64,000 nucleotides of DNA from NCBI GenBank assembly GCA_963693365.1, contig CAVNZM010000002.1:15905615-15969614 (forward strand). Direction: 5' to 3'. A model generated the notes under the pieces. It saw nothing but the letters and a program-made list of their open reading frames with translations, ran no database searches and was not told the DNA's origin. Position numbers and translations under genes: made by a program. This stretch comes from Amoebidium appalachense. Lineage: Eukaryota > Protista > Ichthyosporea. Positions 1 to 44,500 of the stretch are shown here, one piece after another; position 1 is the first letter of the stretch, and each line of letters starts with the position of its first letter.

Positions 1-230
1 CCCCCCCCCCCCCCAAAAAAAAAAAACTACAAAAGAAAAGAAAGGAAATTGAAAGGAAAAGAAAAGAATGAAAAGAAAGAAACCAAAGAAAAGAGAAGAA
101 CTCGACTTTTAAATAACTTGAAAAGAAGAGAGAGAGCGCCGGGGGCCCAGGGGAAGAGGAAGGGGGTGGGGGACGAGATGCCAGAAAGAGACGGAAGAGG
201 GGCGGCGGGGGCTCAGGGGGGGGAGGGAGG

Positions 231-231
<1 letters not shown>

Positions 232-287
<56 letters not shown>

Positions 288-410
288 TTACAGAGAGAGA
301 GAGAGAGATCTAGAGAGAGAGAGACCTAGAGATTTGGAGAGAGAGAGAGATCTAGAGAGAAAGAGAGAGATGTAGAGAGAGAGAGAGAGATCTAGAGAGA
401 GAGAGAGAGG
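232..410. repeat. (GA)n microsatellite with interspersed GATCTA units
   Basis: Visible directly; it produces the spurious ER-rich ORF 49..375. Confidence 0.9.
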
Positions 411-872
411 AGAAGGGGAGGGCCGGGGCAGGGGGGAAGAGAGGGAGTGAGAGGGGAGCCCCCCCCCCCCCCCTCCTCCGGCCCTTCTTTCTTCCTTCCT
501 TGTTTATTTGTTTTTTTTGTTCTGTTTTTTTAACCCCCTCTCTGTGCCGGCCGCCGGGGGGGGGGGAGGGGAGGGGGGGGGGGGGGGGGAAGAAAACGGG
601 GCTGTTAGAATTTCGTTGGGAGCTGGCATTAGGGGGTTCTTTGTATCTTGGTCAACCACAACCTTTCACACTCACCAGCCAGGACACATACGTAGTATAA
701 AAACTCCATGGCCACATAGCCAATCATCTGCCTCTGTTATAATCATGCATTTTCCGGGCAGCTGACCAGCAGCACACATCACATCACCTAATACTAGCCA
801 CCCTTACCTTATATGTTCATTATAATATTCACCCGTATCCCGCAACCTTAAATACCAATACTCCATAGCTGG

Positions 873-1845
873 CTAGGAGCCCAACTGTTCACCATCAGCG
901 CTCTCTACCTGCTTCTTTTGGTGCACTTTACGATGCAGACGCAAGTTACTTTTATAATTAAACCCCGCACCACACACCTCACACTTATAGGGCCGGGCGT
1001 GGGTGTGGAAATTTATGTGCTCCTTCAATCTCTCTCTGTCGAAAAACTTGGCAGGGCAGTGCGGACACTCGTGTGCTTTGATCCCATTGTGTCTCGGTTT
1101 GTGTGCCTGCAAGTTAGCATTTGATGTAAACGCCTTGCCACAGCCCTCATGATCGCACAACCAATTTCTCTCCACCCCCTGACCTGATGATTGTTCCGCT
1201 CGTTTTTTCGTCTGCACCGCCTGTGGATGTTCCTTTCTCCTATGTGCCCTCAGTTTTAACTGCGAGTCGCATTGCTCATGACACCCTGCTACATTGCACA
1301 AAAATATCCGCACAAAGGCGTGTCCGTGCATGTGCTTGATGAAATCCGACTGCCGTTCAAACCATTGCCCGCAACCACTGAACGCACACGCATGCACCTC
1401 GTGCCTGCCCTCCGTCCCCAAATCCACCTCATGCATAACCTGTGCATGCTGAATATATTCCTGAGAGTTGGCAAATGTAGCCCCACACCCAAACATGCGG
1501 CACAGATAGGGCTCATGTGCATGCACGGCCAAATGTGCCCTCAAATCCAGCCCCGACGTAAAAATTGCACTGCAGCCGTAGTATTCGCATGCATGTTCGT
1601 CATCCTCCACGTGTGATTGCATGTGCGTGTTTCGTTCCAGTTTGTCTGTGTACGGCGCACCACATATGCGACATGCGCCTAAGGGTTCGACGTGCGTGTC
1701 GCTGATGTGTTGTTGACGAGCGAGAGGGGAGGAGAAGAGGGAGGGGCAGCCCTCCATGGGGCATGGGTAGAGTTTTCCGCCGTGGAAGGAGGCCATGTGC
1801 ATGAGGAGGAGTGACTTGCTCTCGAAGGACATGCCGCAGTCGGTG

Positions 1846-1889
<44 letters not shown>

Positions 1890-2196
1890 GTGTTTGTGTG
1901 ACCAAACGTGTACGTGTAATTCGACAGGGCAAAAGAAATTAGGTATCGAAAGGGAGCGAGAAAGCAGTCAGTTTGTGCATCTGTGTTGGCTACACTACCG
2001 ATGGAAAGAACATTTGCATGCTTCAAGGGAAGACAAGAGAACAAACAACCGAGGATCAGACTCATATGGTGGGCGTGTTGGTGCATGACAGGACAGCAGC
2101 TGGGCAGTTTGGAAGTCGGAGAACCACTTTGCGATGTGTGTGTGTGTATGTGTGTGTGTGCGTGCGCGCACGGGCATGTGTCTCTGTGTGTGTCAC

Positions 2197-2246
<50 letters not shown>

Positions 2247-2271
2247 ACGATGTGTGTGTGTGTGTGTCACG

Positions 2272-2326
<55 letters not shown>

Positions 2327-3126
2327 TGTGTGTGTTGGTGTGTGTGGGAATGTGCACATGTGCGGAACCCACGAGGTGCAAGGATGCGGCTGGGGTGTGA
2401 TATCGTAAGTGTGTGCGCATGTGAGTGCATATGGGCCACTATCCGCTCATGCATGTGTGTGCCCCTTACATTAAGTTGAGCTTTAACAGGGATCAAAGGG
2501 GGGAGTGGAAGGGGGGGGGAGGGGGGAGGGGGGAGGGGGGGAGGGGGGGGGGGAGACAAGCATTATAGAATCACCTGGCAGGCATACGAATTTCTATTTT
2601 GTGGGGGATCACTGTGGCCGGTAGTTGTCCTGTGGTCCGCCAGATCGCTCATCCGCTTGAACACGGCCCCACATAACGGGTGCTTGCATGGGTGGTTGTT
2701 TTTGGCCTTGTGCATTGCACTGTGCCTTACCACCAAATCCCTGTTGGTGCTCCCAAACGTACACAGCTGCTTGACACACATGTAGTACCCTACAACCCCA
2801 TCGGAATCATCTCTTTCTTCGGACGGTTCCTGTGGCCCCTCTACGGACACCCCCTGCTCTGTTTTTTTCAATCCACCAAATTTCTCCTCCACCCACACCC
2901 ACCTGTTATGTTCCTCCAACCCGTGCCCCCCTGCTTGGTTTTCCTCCCCCAACCCCTCGTTTTCCTCTGGTTCTGGCACGTGTGCCCCGAGATCCTCTCC
3001 GTTGTATTCATATTCCATCGCCTCCGGATCATAATATTCGTTCTCATCGTGTGTGGGTTCCTCGTGGTTTTCTTCCGCCTGCTCCCCGTCTTCCTCATGT
3101 TGCGTTTGCATGTCTGGTTCGGCCAT
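873..3126 (-). CDS. C2H2 zinc-finger protein, ~508 aa, 12 fingers, acidic N-terminus; 2 coding exons (3126-2575, 1847-873)
   Basis: ORFs 2563..3126 and 873..1832 join through a phase-0 GT-AG intron (TGC CAG|gtgatt ... cacag|GTC ACC GAC TGC), which restores the finger [26 protein letters not shown]. Repeated Cx2/4C-x12-Hx3-5H motifs with linkers such as [10 protein letters not shown]. An acceptor (tgtag) just upstream of the ATG implies 5' UTR exons, candidates ~4115-4144 and above 4591. Confidence 0.9.
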
Positions 3127-3366
3127 GTCGGGTGCCTACAGGGGGGGAGGGGGGGGGGGGGGAGGGGGAGATAAGGGCCTATACCAACAACCAAAAGATA
3201 GACACAACCGTTGGGAAGCATCTCAGCCCTTCTCCCCCCTTCCACCCCCCCCCCAACACACACACACATAACCCCCCCCCGGCCCCCACTTACGAAGGTT
3301 AACAAACCTCACCGCTCCATCTTCCCAGAATCCACTCTGTATCCCCTCTCGGTTTTTTATAGGTAA

Positions 3367-3466
<100 letters not shown>

Positions 3467-3962
3467 TAGGGAGAGGGGATGTGGGGGGACATCCAAAGTA
3501 CAGGATGAACGATGTACAGAAATCAGGTGCACTTCTATACATGAAGAGCAGCAAGGGTTGTTGGAACTCGGGGTGGGTGGTTGCGTGGGTGGGTGGGTAG
3601 GGTGGGGTGGGGAGGGTTGGGCGGGCAAGGGGGAGAGGGGGGGGGGGAGGGTGGGGAGAGGGAAAAGGAGGAGTGGGGAGGGGTCAGGGGTGGCATGGGT
3701 GGGTGGGTGATGGTGGTGGCAGTGGTGGTGTGACGGTGTGTGTGTGTGTGTTGTGGGGGGGAAAGGGGGGGAGGGAAGAGGAGGTTGAGGACTGGAGGAA
3801 AAATGTGGCATTTAGATAGGAGGAAAGAAACGATAAAGACAACTGAAACAAGGCAGGGTGTAACAGTATATGACTTAAAGTGTGTAGGTACGTACGTGTG
3901 TGTGTGCCTGTCTGTGTATGTGTTAGTGTGTTCGTTCGTGTGTGGGTGTGCATGTGCTTAGG

Positions 3963-4014
<52 letters not shown>

Positions 4015-5381
4015 CGTGTGCACACGCGTGCGTGTGTGTGTCAGTGTGTGCACGCATGTGCATCTTGCGTGTGTGGTCAAGGGGAGGGTGGTGAAGGAAA
4101 CAGGCAATCATACGCTTCGGTTGACCGTAGGCTAAGGCAATGCCTGTAAACTTCAGTGCCAAGTAAGTGCCAAGAGGGGGCAAGTGGGGAGGCGGGGGAT
4201 GGGGGGGGGGGGGGGGGGGAGGGGGGGGGGTAAAGAGAGGGGAGGAGGGAACGGGAGAAGGAGGGAAAAGGGGAGACAGGGAGGGAGGGAAAGAGGGAGG
4301 TGGGGGAGAAAGAAATAGAGAGACAGAAGAAGAGAGGGTGGGAAAGTGCGAGTTGAAGCGAGGGAGGGAGAGAGGAGGAGAGAGAGCGAGAGAGAAGAGA
4401 GAGGGAGAGCGAAGAAGGGATAGAGAGGGAATAGAGAGATCCGGGAGAGCCGGGGCGGGGGGGGGGAGAACTTGAAAATGCTCGCTTTGAGAGGAGGGTA
4501 GCGAAGAGGAAAGGTCCATGTAACCGAATTTATTAAGAGCACACAAAACCAGAGCACCAACACACAACCACTCAGAGCCTAAAAAACATACCTCTACTGC
4601 GTATAAGGCACTGTACGCGCTGATCGCTTTCTGGAAGCCTTTCACGCTAGGATGTTTCAGATCCTCCTTTTGAACTTGGAGAGTAGAGGCGAAAAGAGGT
4701 GGGTTCACCGGACGATAGCTTATTGGCCCAACGTTTTGTAAAATATATTATAAGAAAGAGGGGGTATTGTCCGGTGAACATCTGTGGGGTGAAAGCTATA
4801 GCTGGCGCTTCGGGCGGGTGAAAGGGGTTTTAGCGCGCAACTCGCCAATAAGCTGGAGTTCGGTGGGAGTATAAAATGTGTGTTGAAGTAAAAAGTGTGT
4901 TCGATGCTCATAGTCACGGCGATATTTTGTTTCTTTCCTACAGCCTAGCTGAAGTTTCAACGTTGAACTGCGTCGCAACGGCAGGCCTTTTGTGTCAGGC
5001 TGGCAGTAACGGTTATGGAATGTGGCGCGCGGACATTATAAAGAGCCAAATAAGGCTATTATTGATTGGATGCGAGCCGGGCTCAGGAACACACTTGCAG
5101 ATCTCTCGTATCTACTCTGAAGTCAAGTACAGTAAACACCCAGCTGGGCGTGCCATGGCCTGAGCACACCACGGTAATCTTTACAACACACGGTGTTTAG
5201 GTCGTATGGACACACGGCCACTAGCACTAAGGGCAGAATGGAACCATGGCAACGGCCCACTCCGGGTGACATACATCGTGATCATGCCGTGCAGCAATGT
5301 TACACCTCATCGCCATATGCATATGGCCATCATATTGGCCATGCCATCATTGTGTGGCTGGCACCCGCTGAACCGTGTACT

Positions 5382-5412
<31 letters not shown>

Positions 5413-5877
5413 GGGGAGGGGGGGAAGGGGGGGAAGGGGTGGAAAGCAAGGGGGCGTGTGTTACCATGCATTGGTAACGTACTCACGAGGCATCATGATG
5501 GTCAACCATTTACGGCTGACTACGATGGCAAATGTGAGGAGAAGTTGGTAATTATGTAAATTTTAGCAGGTTTAGTCCAATCACTGACAGGACCAACAGT
5601 TTAAAAGCCTTAAAAAGAGTACGAGCAAATCACATACACAGGCAACAGCGAGATTCATACCATTATCGAACGTGGAGTCTAAGCTAAATGTCATACGCCA
5701 CATCTGCCCCGCATACATACATGATCCCTCCCCCCCCCCCCCGGGGCCCAAACCTTCCCCACAAAGAGAAAATAAATTAAAATAACTAAAATATAAAACC
5801 CAGCCCAGCCCCAACCGCCCCACACCTATTGTGACCTGACCCGCAGGCCTAACAAGCCCATCCCTTATATGTTCAAA

Positions 5878-35989
<30,112 letters not shown>

Positions 35990-38143
35990 GCTCGTGCCGC
36001 ACGGCCCTGTGTGCTTGTCAGAGCCTGAAGCGTACACCATAACAGAATTGTAGAGATCGGCTACTGCCCAGCCCATGTGTGTTTTCCGAAAGAAAGCCTC
36101 ATACTTAAACCTGAAATATCAAGGTCCTCACTAATAGCAATCTATACCAAACCCTCTCCCCCCCCCCCCCCTCCTCCTATTCCTCCTCTCCCCCCCTCCC
36201 CCCTCCCCTTTCCATATACACACGGACTATCACTTCCCCGTCCCTCTTTCCAATCTACAAAAGACAGGAAAGAAAGTCACCACCACAACCACGTCACATA
36301 TCGGTCTGCCAGTAAGCAAACCGGAAAGCAACCTAACATACAAACACTTGACAACGAAAAGAACATCCAAATCGACCCATCCAAAACCAACCCACCAAGT
36401 AGCGGCCGCTCATACTAACGAGGGCGCCGCGCACCCAGCGCCTAGTTGTATTGTACTTCCTTATTCTTTCCCAATCTTCATCTAGCTCCCATCTGCGTCT
36501 GCTCCCTTCCCCACCACTAAACCCGAAGTCCCCCTTCCTTGCCGACCAACACTACTTAAATCGTTCCTGCCATATAAGGTGAATGTTTTAGGCTCCCACA
36601 TGCATGCTGGAAACAAAACCGTACTTGTTTATTTCGAGGCAGCCTACAAGCTCAACCCCAAATAGAATCAATCCAGACTCGTAAAACAAAATAGTATTCC
36701 GACATGCTACAGAAGAAGTAGGCCCCATATCCTTTAAACAAACTGTGGAAGGCTACACTCTAGGAATAAAAGCACCGGCAAGCATCGCCCAGAACTAAAC
36801 TGATGTCAACACATGCCCGCAGTGAGCGGTTTGTTTAACATCTCTGGGCCAGTAAGAAGGCATCAGGAGTACCCAGGGCCAAAACAGCGAAATATGAAAA
36901 AACATCTGTACCAATCACTAAGCGATAAACGTAAAAAGCTCTCTTTCCCCTTTCCCCCGCCTCGTTCCCCCAACCATTCAGCCCCACTTTTCTACGCGCT
37001 GTCTTTGCCCTTGCTGACAGCCTGTGTTACTGACCACATACCCTAATCATCGCCGGGCTGGCTTCAGGAGACAGGCCCGACTGTGAAGAGCATTGTCCAG
37101 TTACACAAACCGCTAGCAGAGGCACAGCACCTCCTTCCTACGCCTATTTTAGCACAGTTTCTTCAAAATGGTGAGACATGAACGACTCCCTCCCTCGTTC
37201 TCTCCGTGCGAAATCTTTTTTTTCTGACATCCGAGTGTTCGAGTGATGACGTTCAATTGATGCAAAAGCGCAATAGACCAATTTAGATTTGCTAATTGAG
37301 AATCTCAATGTGTTTGCTTCGCTCTAGGGAGATCCAGCCAGCCGAACTGGCGAAATGAAGGGCTGAGTGATCGGCGGTCATATACCAAATCCTGCTTATA
37401 ATGCTTAAAATCAATAATTTGAATAGAAAAGGGGTTTTGCTCCATTAATAAATAACTTGATAAACAAAGCGACAAGCAATTCTTGTATAAACAACATGGG
37501 GTGTCCGGCGCCTATTTCGTAGCGAAAACAGGCAAAAACCATAATTTCATCTTAGACGATCGACCTCGAGGCAAGGTGGTAAGAGGCTATGCAAGACGGG
37601 TTTTGATGATGTTAGCGATGTAGGCGTTGTCGGAGCACCCCGACTGCTTATATCATTTTTGCGCGCCTTTTTATCTCCTAAAACTTTCTCTTATGGACGA
37701 AACCAACTTTCTAAAATGCAGTCAAAAGATTTTTTTTTTTTTTTGTAAAATCGGGGCCTACATAACTGCTGTTGAGAGGCGACAGGTCTGAGATTTTGGC
37801 CCGTCACCGCCTGAGCGGCCCTTACCTTGGCCCTTACTTTTGGCGCAACCAATTTGAAAAAAAAACATTTCTAAACCGGTCTATCTGCCCTACAAAACCT
37901 GTCCTCATATGATTGGCTCCCATGTATCAACTTAGTCCATATTTGGTAGGTAAGGGAAAGCGCGCGCGGACGCGGCTGAGACCCAGATCCGGAGCTGACG
38001 GCCGGCATCGACGGTGCACCTCCTCTCATCGCCCCGGCAGGTGACCAGCCTGCGCCTCGCGGATGCGCCATGGTGCAAATGCCCATGCAAATGCTCCCCT
38101 CCCCGCTAAACCTCCAGGATGGCCTATCATGTGCAGTACCGAC

Positions 38144-38662
38144 TGAGAGAAAACTACCTTCTCACACGTAGCAGAGTCTGCACTAACACAAGTAGAGTGT
38201 ATAGTCGTTGCACACACACACACGGAGCTCGAGGTGATCATGCAGTCTCTATATGGGTGCAATATACTACCTACTAAGTGTGTACCTTAATCGGGCTGCA
38301 TGCACTATCACCTAAGTATCACACAAGTGTCCACACAGTGCTCGGAGAGTCTGTTGCAACAGTCAATTATCGTTATAACTCCCAATTTTATTATGTTACA
38401 TGTGCGGGTTTATATACTCCGCCGTGATCCAGTCACCAGCCATCCAGGATGGCATCCGTGTTGACTACGTAATCGCTAGATCTGGATGGTGCGTTCCTAA
38501 CCAATCATATGGCAGTTAGATATCACAATTCATCCTAGGAATCACACGATCGATCACCTAGCCATCACACGAAAACACGCGTACACCGCTGTTGGATGGT
38601 TACATAGTAAATATATCACAAACACGAATAATATGGTGATATTAAGGTTGTATATTCCAACA
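38144..38662 (-). repeat. 3' LTR of copia element A
   Basis: Direct repeat of 52140..52652, differing by several substitutions and short insertions. Confidence 0.95.
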
Positions 38663-38799
38663 CACCCCTTACAACACAATAGCACCTAATCTATAAATCA
38701 GCCAATCATATCGCAGCGTCAATTGCTGCACCCCTCAGCCAGGCACTGGTTGCCTGCAGCAATAAACTAGCACACCCCTGCCTCCACATCACATGGTGA

Positions 38800-41590
38800 T
38801 CACTTGCTGTCCATGCCCATGGCCTTCTTGCAGCTCTCGAGGGCAGCACGGGGCAGGGCTTTGGTCAGCGCATCAGCCGCCTGCTGATTGGTCGGCATGT
38901 AGACCAGCACAACGTCGCCCTGCTTGACGTGCCAGCGCACCAGGTGCCACTTGATGTCGATATCGATGTGCTTGGTGCGAGAAAAATCCACGGGGCCCTT
39001 GGCAATGCTGATGCATGCCATGTTGTCCTCATACAGCGTGTTCCATGGCCTCCTCGGTGCTGAAACCAAAGTCGCGCTGGAGTTTGCGCAACCACATGGC
39101 CTCCTTGGTGGCATGGCGCGGGCCGCACTCACATACTCAGCCTCTGCTGTGCTGTCTGCCACCACAGTCTGCAGCTTGGAGCACCAGCTGATGGCTCCGC
39201 TGGCCAGAAACGCGAAGCCGGAGGTGGAGCGGCGGTTGTCTGGGTTGCCTGCCCAGTCGGCATCCACGTAGCCAATCACATGGCCCGGCACCTTGACGCG
39301 CTGGCTAGTAGGTGATGCCGTGGCTGGCAGTCCGCTTGAGGTAGCGCAACACGCGCTTTTCAGCAGTCAGGTGGGCCTGGCCAGGGTTCTGGTTGAACCT
39401 GGCAAGCACCCCTACGGCCTGAGCAATGTCTGGCCGGGTCACGACGGTCCAGCTGGCCAGGTACATCACACTGCCCACAATGCCCTGGTACACTGCGCCA
39501 CATATGGCGCCATGGCGCTGATCTCCTCGGGGGTGGCAGGGCACTGGGCCTTGCTCAGCTTGTCGAGGGTCATGGGTGTGTCCACAGCCCTGCAGTCAGC
39601 CATGCCGTATTTCTCCAACACACGTGCAGTGTAGGCAGACTGGTGGATCTTGATGGTGCCGAGCTCCCTGCAAATCACAATCTGCACCCCTACTAGAAGC
39701 ATCGGCCAGAGGCATCTCCTTGATGGAAAAGATGGTGCCCAGCTGCTTGGCCAGCTGCTTGGCTGCCTGCATGCTGGCTGTGCTGGCCACCATGTCGTCG
39801 ATGTGGATCACCAGCAGCTCCATATGCTTGCCCTTGCCGCGAATATACAGGCAGGGGTCGGCTGCAGCCTGCTTGAAGCCCAGCTTGGCCAGGCCGGCTG
39901 TGAAGGTGTCGCCGGGCCACGCTCGTGCAGCCTGGCGCAGCCCGTAGATGGCCTTGTGCAGCCTGCAGACAAGGTGCTCCTGGCCGGGCTCCACATAGCC
40001 CTCGGGCTGAGCCATGTAGATCTCCGGCTCGCTGAGCTCAGCATTGAGGAATGCACTGTCTACATCGTACTGGCTCAGGTGGCGGCCCTTGGCTGCGGCA
40101 GTGGCGATCAAATACCTGGTGGTGGTCGGGCTGGCTGTGGGGGCAAAGGTGTCGGTGAAGTCCACACCAGGACGTTGGCTGAACCCCTTGGCCACCAGCC
40201 TGGCCCGGAACTTGGTCACCTCATGGTCGCCGTTGTGCTTGACATCATACACCCAGAGATTTTTGATTGGTCTGCGGCCCTCGCCGACGGGCAGCGGCAC
40301 CAGCAAATAAGTGCCGTGGCGCTGCAGTTTCTCCATCTCGGCATCACATGCCTGCTTCCACATGGTGGCATGGTCTGAGACCATGGCCTCCTTGTAGGAG
40401 TTGGGTATGGGCACATCCGACACCAACAGTGCAGGCTGCAGGGGCTGCTTGCCGTGCACCAGCGCAGATGCAGCTGCAGTCATGGCCAGCGCTTTAGCCT
40501 CAATCACGGTGCCCTTGCCGTTGCCAAGGTGCTGCTGGGTGCTGAACACGTGTCCATTCCGTGTCACCCTAGGCAGGTGGTGGCTGGGCACGTTGCTGTC
40601 GGTGAAATGCACCCGCTTGGCGGCTGGCTGTGCTGACTTGGCGGGCGGCGAGTCAATGCGCGCACGCTTAAGCATGCCGGCACCCCCTTGCGCTGCCCTG
40701 CGCCCTCATCTTCGCTCTCACTGTCGCTGTCATCAAAGCCATCGCTGCTGGTGCCTGTGGCCGTGGTGGCCACAGTGCTGGCAGGGTCCGAGTCCCTGCC
40801 TGTCTCCTCCTCGGTGGTGGTGTGCTCCTCCTGTGAATGTGTCATCTGCGCTGGTCTGGCCAGGTGCAGCCGGGCTGGTGGCCACGCGCATGCTCGGGTT
40901 GAGGGCAGTGGGCGTGCCCTTCACCAGGGTGGTGCCCACGTTGAACTGCACACTCCTCCTCACGACAACTGAACCGAAACTGCCACCGGGGTAACCAGCA
41001 GGATACGGTAGCCAATAAAAATGCCCCGCTGGGCATATGGTGCCAGCTTGTTGCCGCACTGCTCCTTGGCGATGGTGGGGTAGGCTAGGCAGCCATACGC
41101 ACAAAGGTAGGACACATCAGGCACCTGGTTGTAGAATGCCTGCCAGGGTGTCATGCCAGACACGGCCTTAACAGTGGGGGCCCATGTTGATCTAGCACCG
41201 CCGTGCCGACAGCCTCGGGCCAGCGGTTCTGCGGGAGGCCCGGCACAGATGCCATCATGGTCCATGCCTTGTCTAACACCGTGTAGATGTAACGCTCAGC
41301 CACACGGTTCTGGCCGTGCTAACACATAGGCCACCACCATCGGATGCACAATGCCGTTGCTGATGCAGAAACGTTGGAAGCCCCGCGACTTGAATTCGCC
41401 GGCGCCGTCTGTGCGGTAGATGCGCACCTTGTGGCCATGCTGCCGCTCCATCTTGGTGGCCCAGGCAGCCAGGGTGGCAGGCACGTCACTACGTGCCTTC
41501 AGAGCCCACACAAACATCATGCCGGTCTTGTGATCCACAGCCACCAGCACCAAGTAGTAGCCGTCCACAGACCGCTTGTAGGGACCACCC
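38800..41590 (-). pseudogene. Copia pol of element A: integrase core, RT and RNase H, frameshifted
   Basis: IN core: LVAVDHKTG, YRTDGAGEF. RT: KFRARLVAKGFSQRPGVDF, YDVDSAFLNA, LHKAIYGLRQAARAW, IHIDDM. RNase H: GYVDADWAG, YEDNMACI, KHIDI, AADALTKAL. Split over several frames. Confidence 0.95.
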
Positions 41591-44500
41591 TGTAAACAAC
41601 TGTACACATGAACTGTACATGTTTACTAAAGAATGTGATCTACTAGCACACGATTCGTGCTTTGTCATGAATATCACATAAATATTATGTCCGCACCAAT
41701 AGGACTCACTCTGACCTAAGAATTGAACCATATATGGTTCTTCAGCTGCATACCACATAAACGAAGTGAACCAATAAGAGGTTTGCATAAATAGGACAAA
41801 GGTCTGACTGGCTCGGACCGCACCAGAATCACGAATGGCATGTTGCCACCCGCGCTGGCCGCGGATGAACCAATCCTGGGCCTTGATCCGAAACCTGGGG
41901 GCTATATAAGAAAGCCGTCCCAGTACGGGGATCACATCAGTGAAGTCTGAGACAGACTGAGTCGGCCCATAGTAAAAGCAACCTGGCCGCGTGTGCCTTT
42001 CTACCCGTTCTCTGTCTTTATTTTGATTCAGTTGTACTCTGCCTTATCCTAACTAGTCCAACTGTTTACATTGGCGACCGCGGCAGGACACTGTTTTACA
42101 TTGCCAACTGTTTACATTGGCGACCGCGCAGTTCAAGAATCTCGCATCCTTCGAATCTCACATCTTTCAATCAGTTCAAGAATCTCACATCTTTCAATCA
42201 GCTCAAGAATCTCCCATGGCCGATCACAATCCTTTTTACCCCGATGATAGGCACATCTTTCCTTGTCCGGCTTAGAATATATACACCTACAAGTTTGAAG
42301 TGGCCAGCCCACCTACACGGAAAGAATTGAAAGCATGTAAAACTTCTTTTGCTACGACACATCAAAAATGTGAAGAAAAACGAATACACAACGAAACAAC
42401 GAATACACGAACAAACGAATAAAGAATTGCTAACGAAGCAATGAACCAACGAAAAACGAACCATCACGAATACGCAATGAAATAAAGAATTAACGACAAA
42501 CGATTGCATAGAGGAAATACGAAATGAATGCAACACGAAAACAAAACGAAGTAACGAAGTTATCAAACGACAAAAAACGAAAAACGAAAGCAAAATGAAC
42601 TGGAAATACGAAAATGAAAGGACGAATGCACAACACTGCTTGGGTTGCAATGCACACAGCCCCCTCTATGTTAGGAAGAAAATAAAACCGTTGCCCTTGC
42701 GTGCATTGCCCTATTGCACACTGCCATCGTGTCCATGCCACCGCATGCACGTCCACACTCGCAAGCCAGATGCACGGCCACTTTCAGCACAAATGCACTT
42801 AACGAAGAAGATAGTCGCTGTTGCTATAGCATGTAGGACCTAAGATCTTATGAAAGTAGTGTTGCATGCATGCTTCGAATCCCTTGCTGTTCTCGAATAC
42901 AGCATGCCCCATAGTTTAGCGCACAGGATGCACAACATGCGCATGAATGTATGCTGGCATGCCTAAACACATTACGAACATATGCCTGACTCATGTATGG
43001 CGGCCCTTCCTGGTGCCACGCCCTAACGAATTTGCACTCTTGGTGCACAAAAGGCATCATGTAATAAAGTCGATGCAGAACTTTTGTTCATGCATGTGAA
43101 AAACAAAGAAGGTGTTGGGTACGAATTTTAAGGTGAATGCCCGTCTGTGGCAATACGGTGTAACATACCAATTACACTGTCAAGCCTTGCACTAGCTGCC
43201 GGCACACCCCCACCAGAACAAAAGAATGTGGTATGGGCACCGCTCCCTCACAACCCCATCATACAGTGTCAGTATTTTGGCTGGAAGCCTTTCAGTTTCG
43301 AATTACGAATACCCTCCTTCACTACTGAAGAAAGTGACGTGGAAGACAAATACGAATACGAATGCAAGGTGTTGTTGACTAACACATCGGACCATCATGT
43401 GTACCTACTAGGCCCTGGTACGGAGGTGACCATGTTATTCCCTTGCAATATGATGACACTGTAACAATTTAGCACGTGCATACCCCACCAATGGGCACAT
43501 GCGGGAGACAACCCCACAAGCTGCCTTATTGGGCACCTCTGCTAAAACGAATATTCTTCTCACGAAGGAACAGAAGAATGCCACGAACACGAACCACACA
43601 CTCACCAGGCAGCTACTTACATCTAATGTATGTAAGAAGTAGGGTGTGTGAACGGGGTAACTTCATGAACACCAACACGAAAGAAAGCACAGCACAAAGC
43701 AGTTCCACGAATACGAATGGTTTTGGTATTCCACACAACGAACAGAACCTACAGTAGGGCCACCTACAAATGAAGCAGAGGATGGGGCACCATCCAGACC
43801 TGCACTGGAGGATATGAAAACACGAAGCGCGCTCACGAAGTTGCTTACAAAAGAAAGGGCGACTGCGACGACTTTTCTTTTTAGGCCAAGCCTCCAGAAG
43901 AATGTATTATGCCTGGAATCCCCCTGCTCAACGAAAATGGCTGGCAAATGGGATACGAAAACTGCTCACGAATGGAAGCATGTGTTTTCTGAAGGAGGCT
44001 TGCTTTGCCTACCCTCTTCTTATGAATTATGAACCGGGCTTTTACTGGTTCTGACGGGTGATATATTTCTTTATGTCGCCCAACGAAGAACACTTGGGCA
44101 TTTTTATTCTGTTTTTCCCAGCTCCGATGATGCAGGGTTAAAGCTGAAAGGAAAGAAGTGCTCTTTGTTCATGAAAGAAGTGGCTTTTCCGGCCATGGTG
44201 ACTCGCCTTACAGTCTTAAGGTAGAACCGGGATAAGGAGCAGCGGCTAAGCCTTGAAGCTATCCACCACTACCTGAGCTACGAAGTGACCTAAGGCTCGA
44301 GTTATATTCATTATCGAATGTTTGGTATGATCATTCATCCACACAACCAAATTACTCGCAATTGAAAACGAATCTGCGGGAGTATCCTAAAAAGGAAAAA
44401 TTCCCAAAAAGGAAAATACTACTTCTACAGAAAAGCCAAGCACAGAGACGAAGGCTTAGCGAATTATTCGCACGCACACTCTGCAACAATCTTCGCCACG

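Noticed and set aside
4876-5559. Possible small gene between the zinc-finger and USP genes
   Set aside because: Short ORFs with no recognisable motif or consistent exon chain; cannot be supported without expression data.
41489-41935. 148-aa ORF duplicated at 44677..45057
   Set aside because: Chance antisense ORF within the two LTRs of element C; no recognisable motif.
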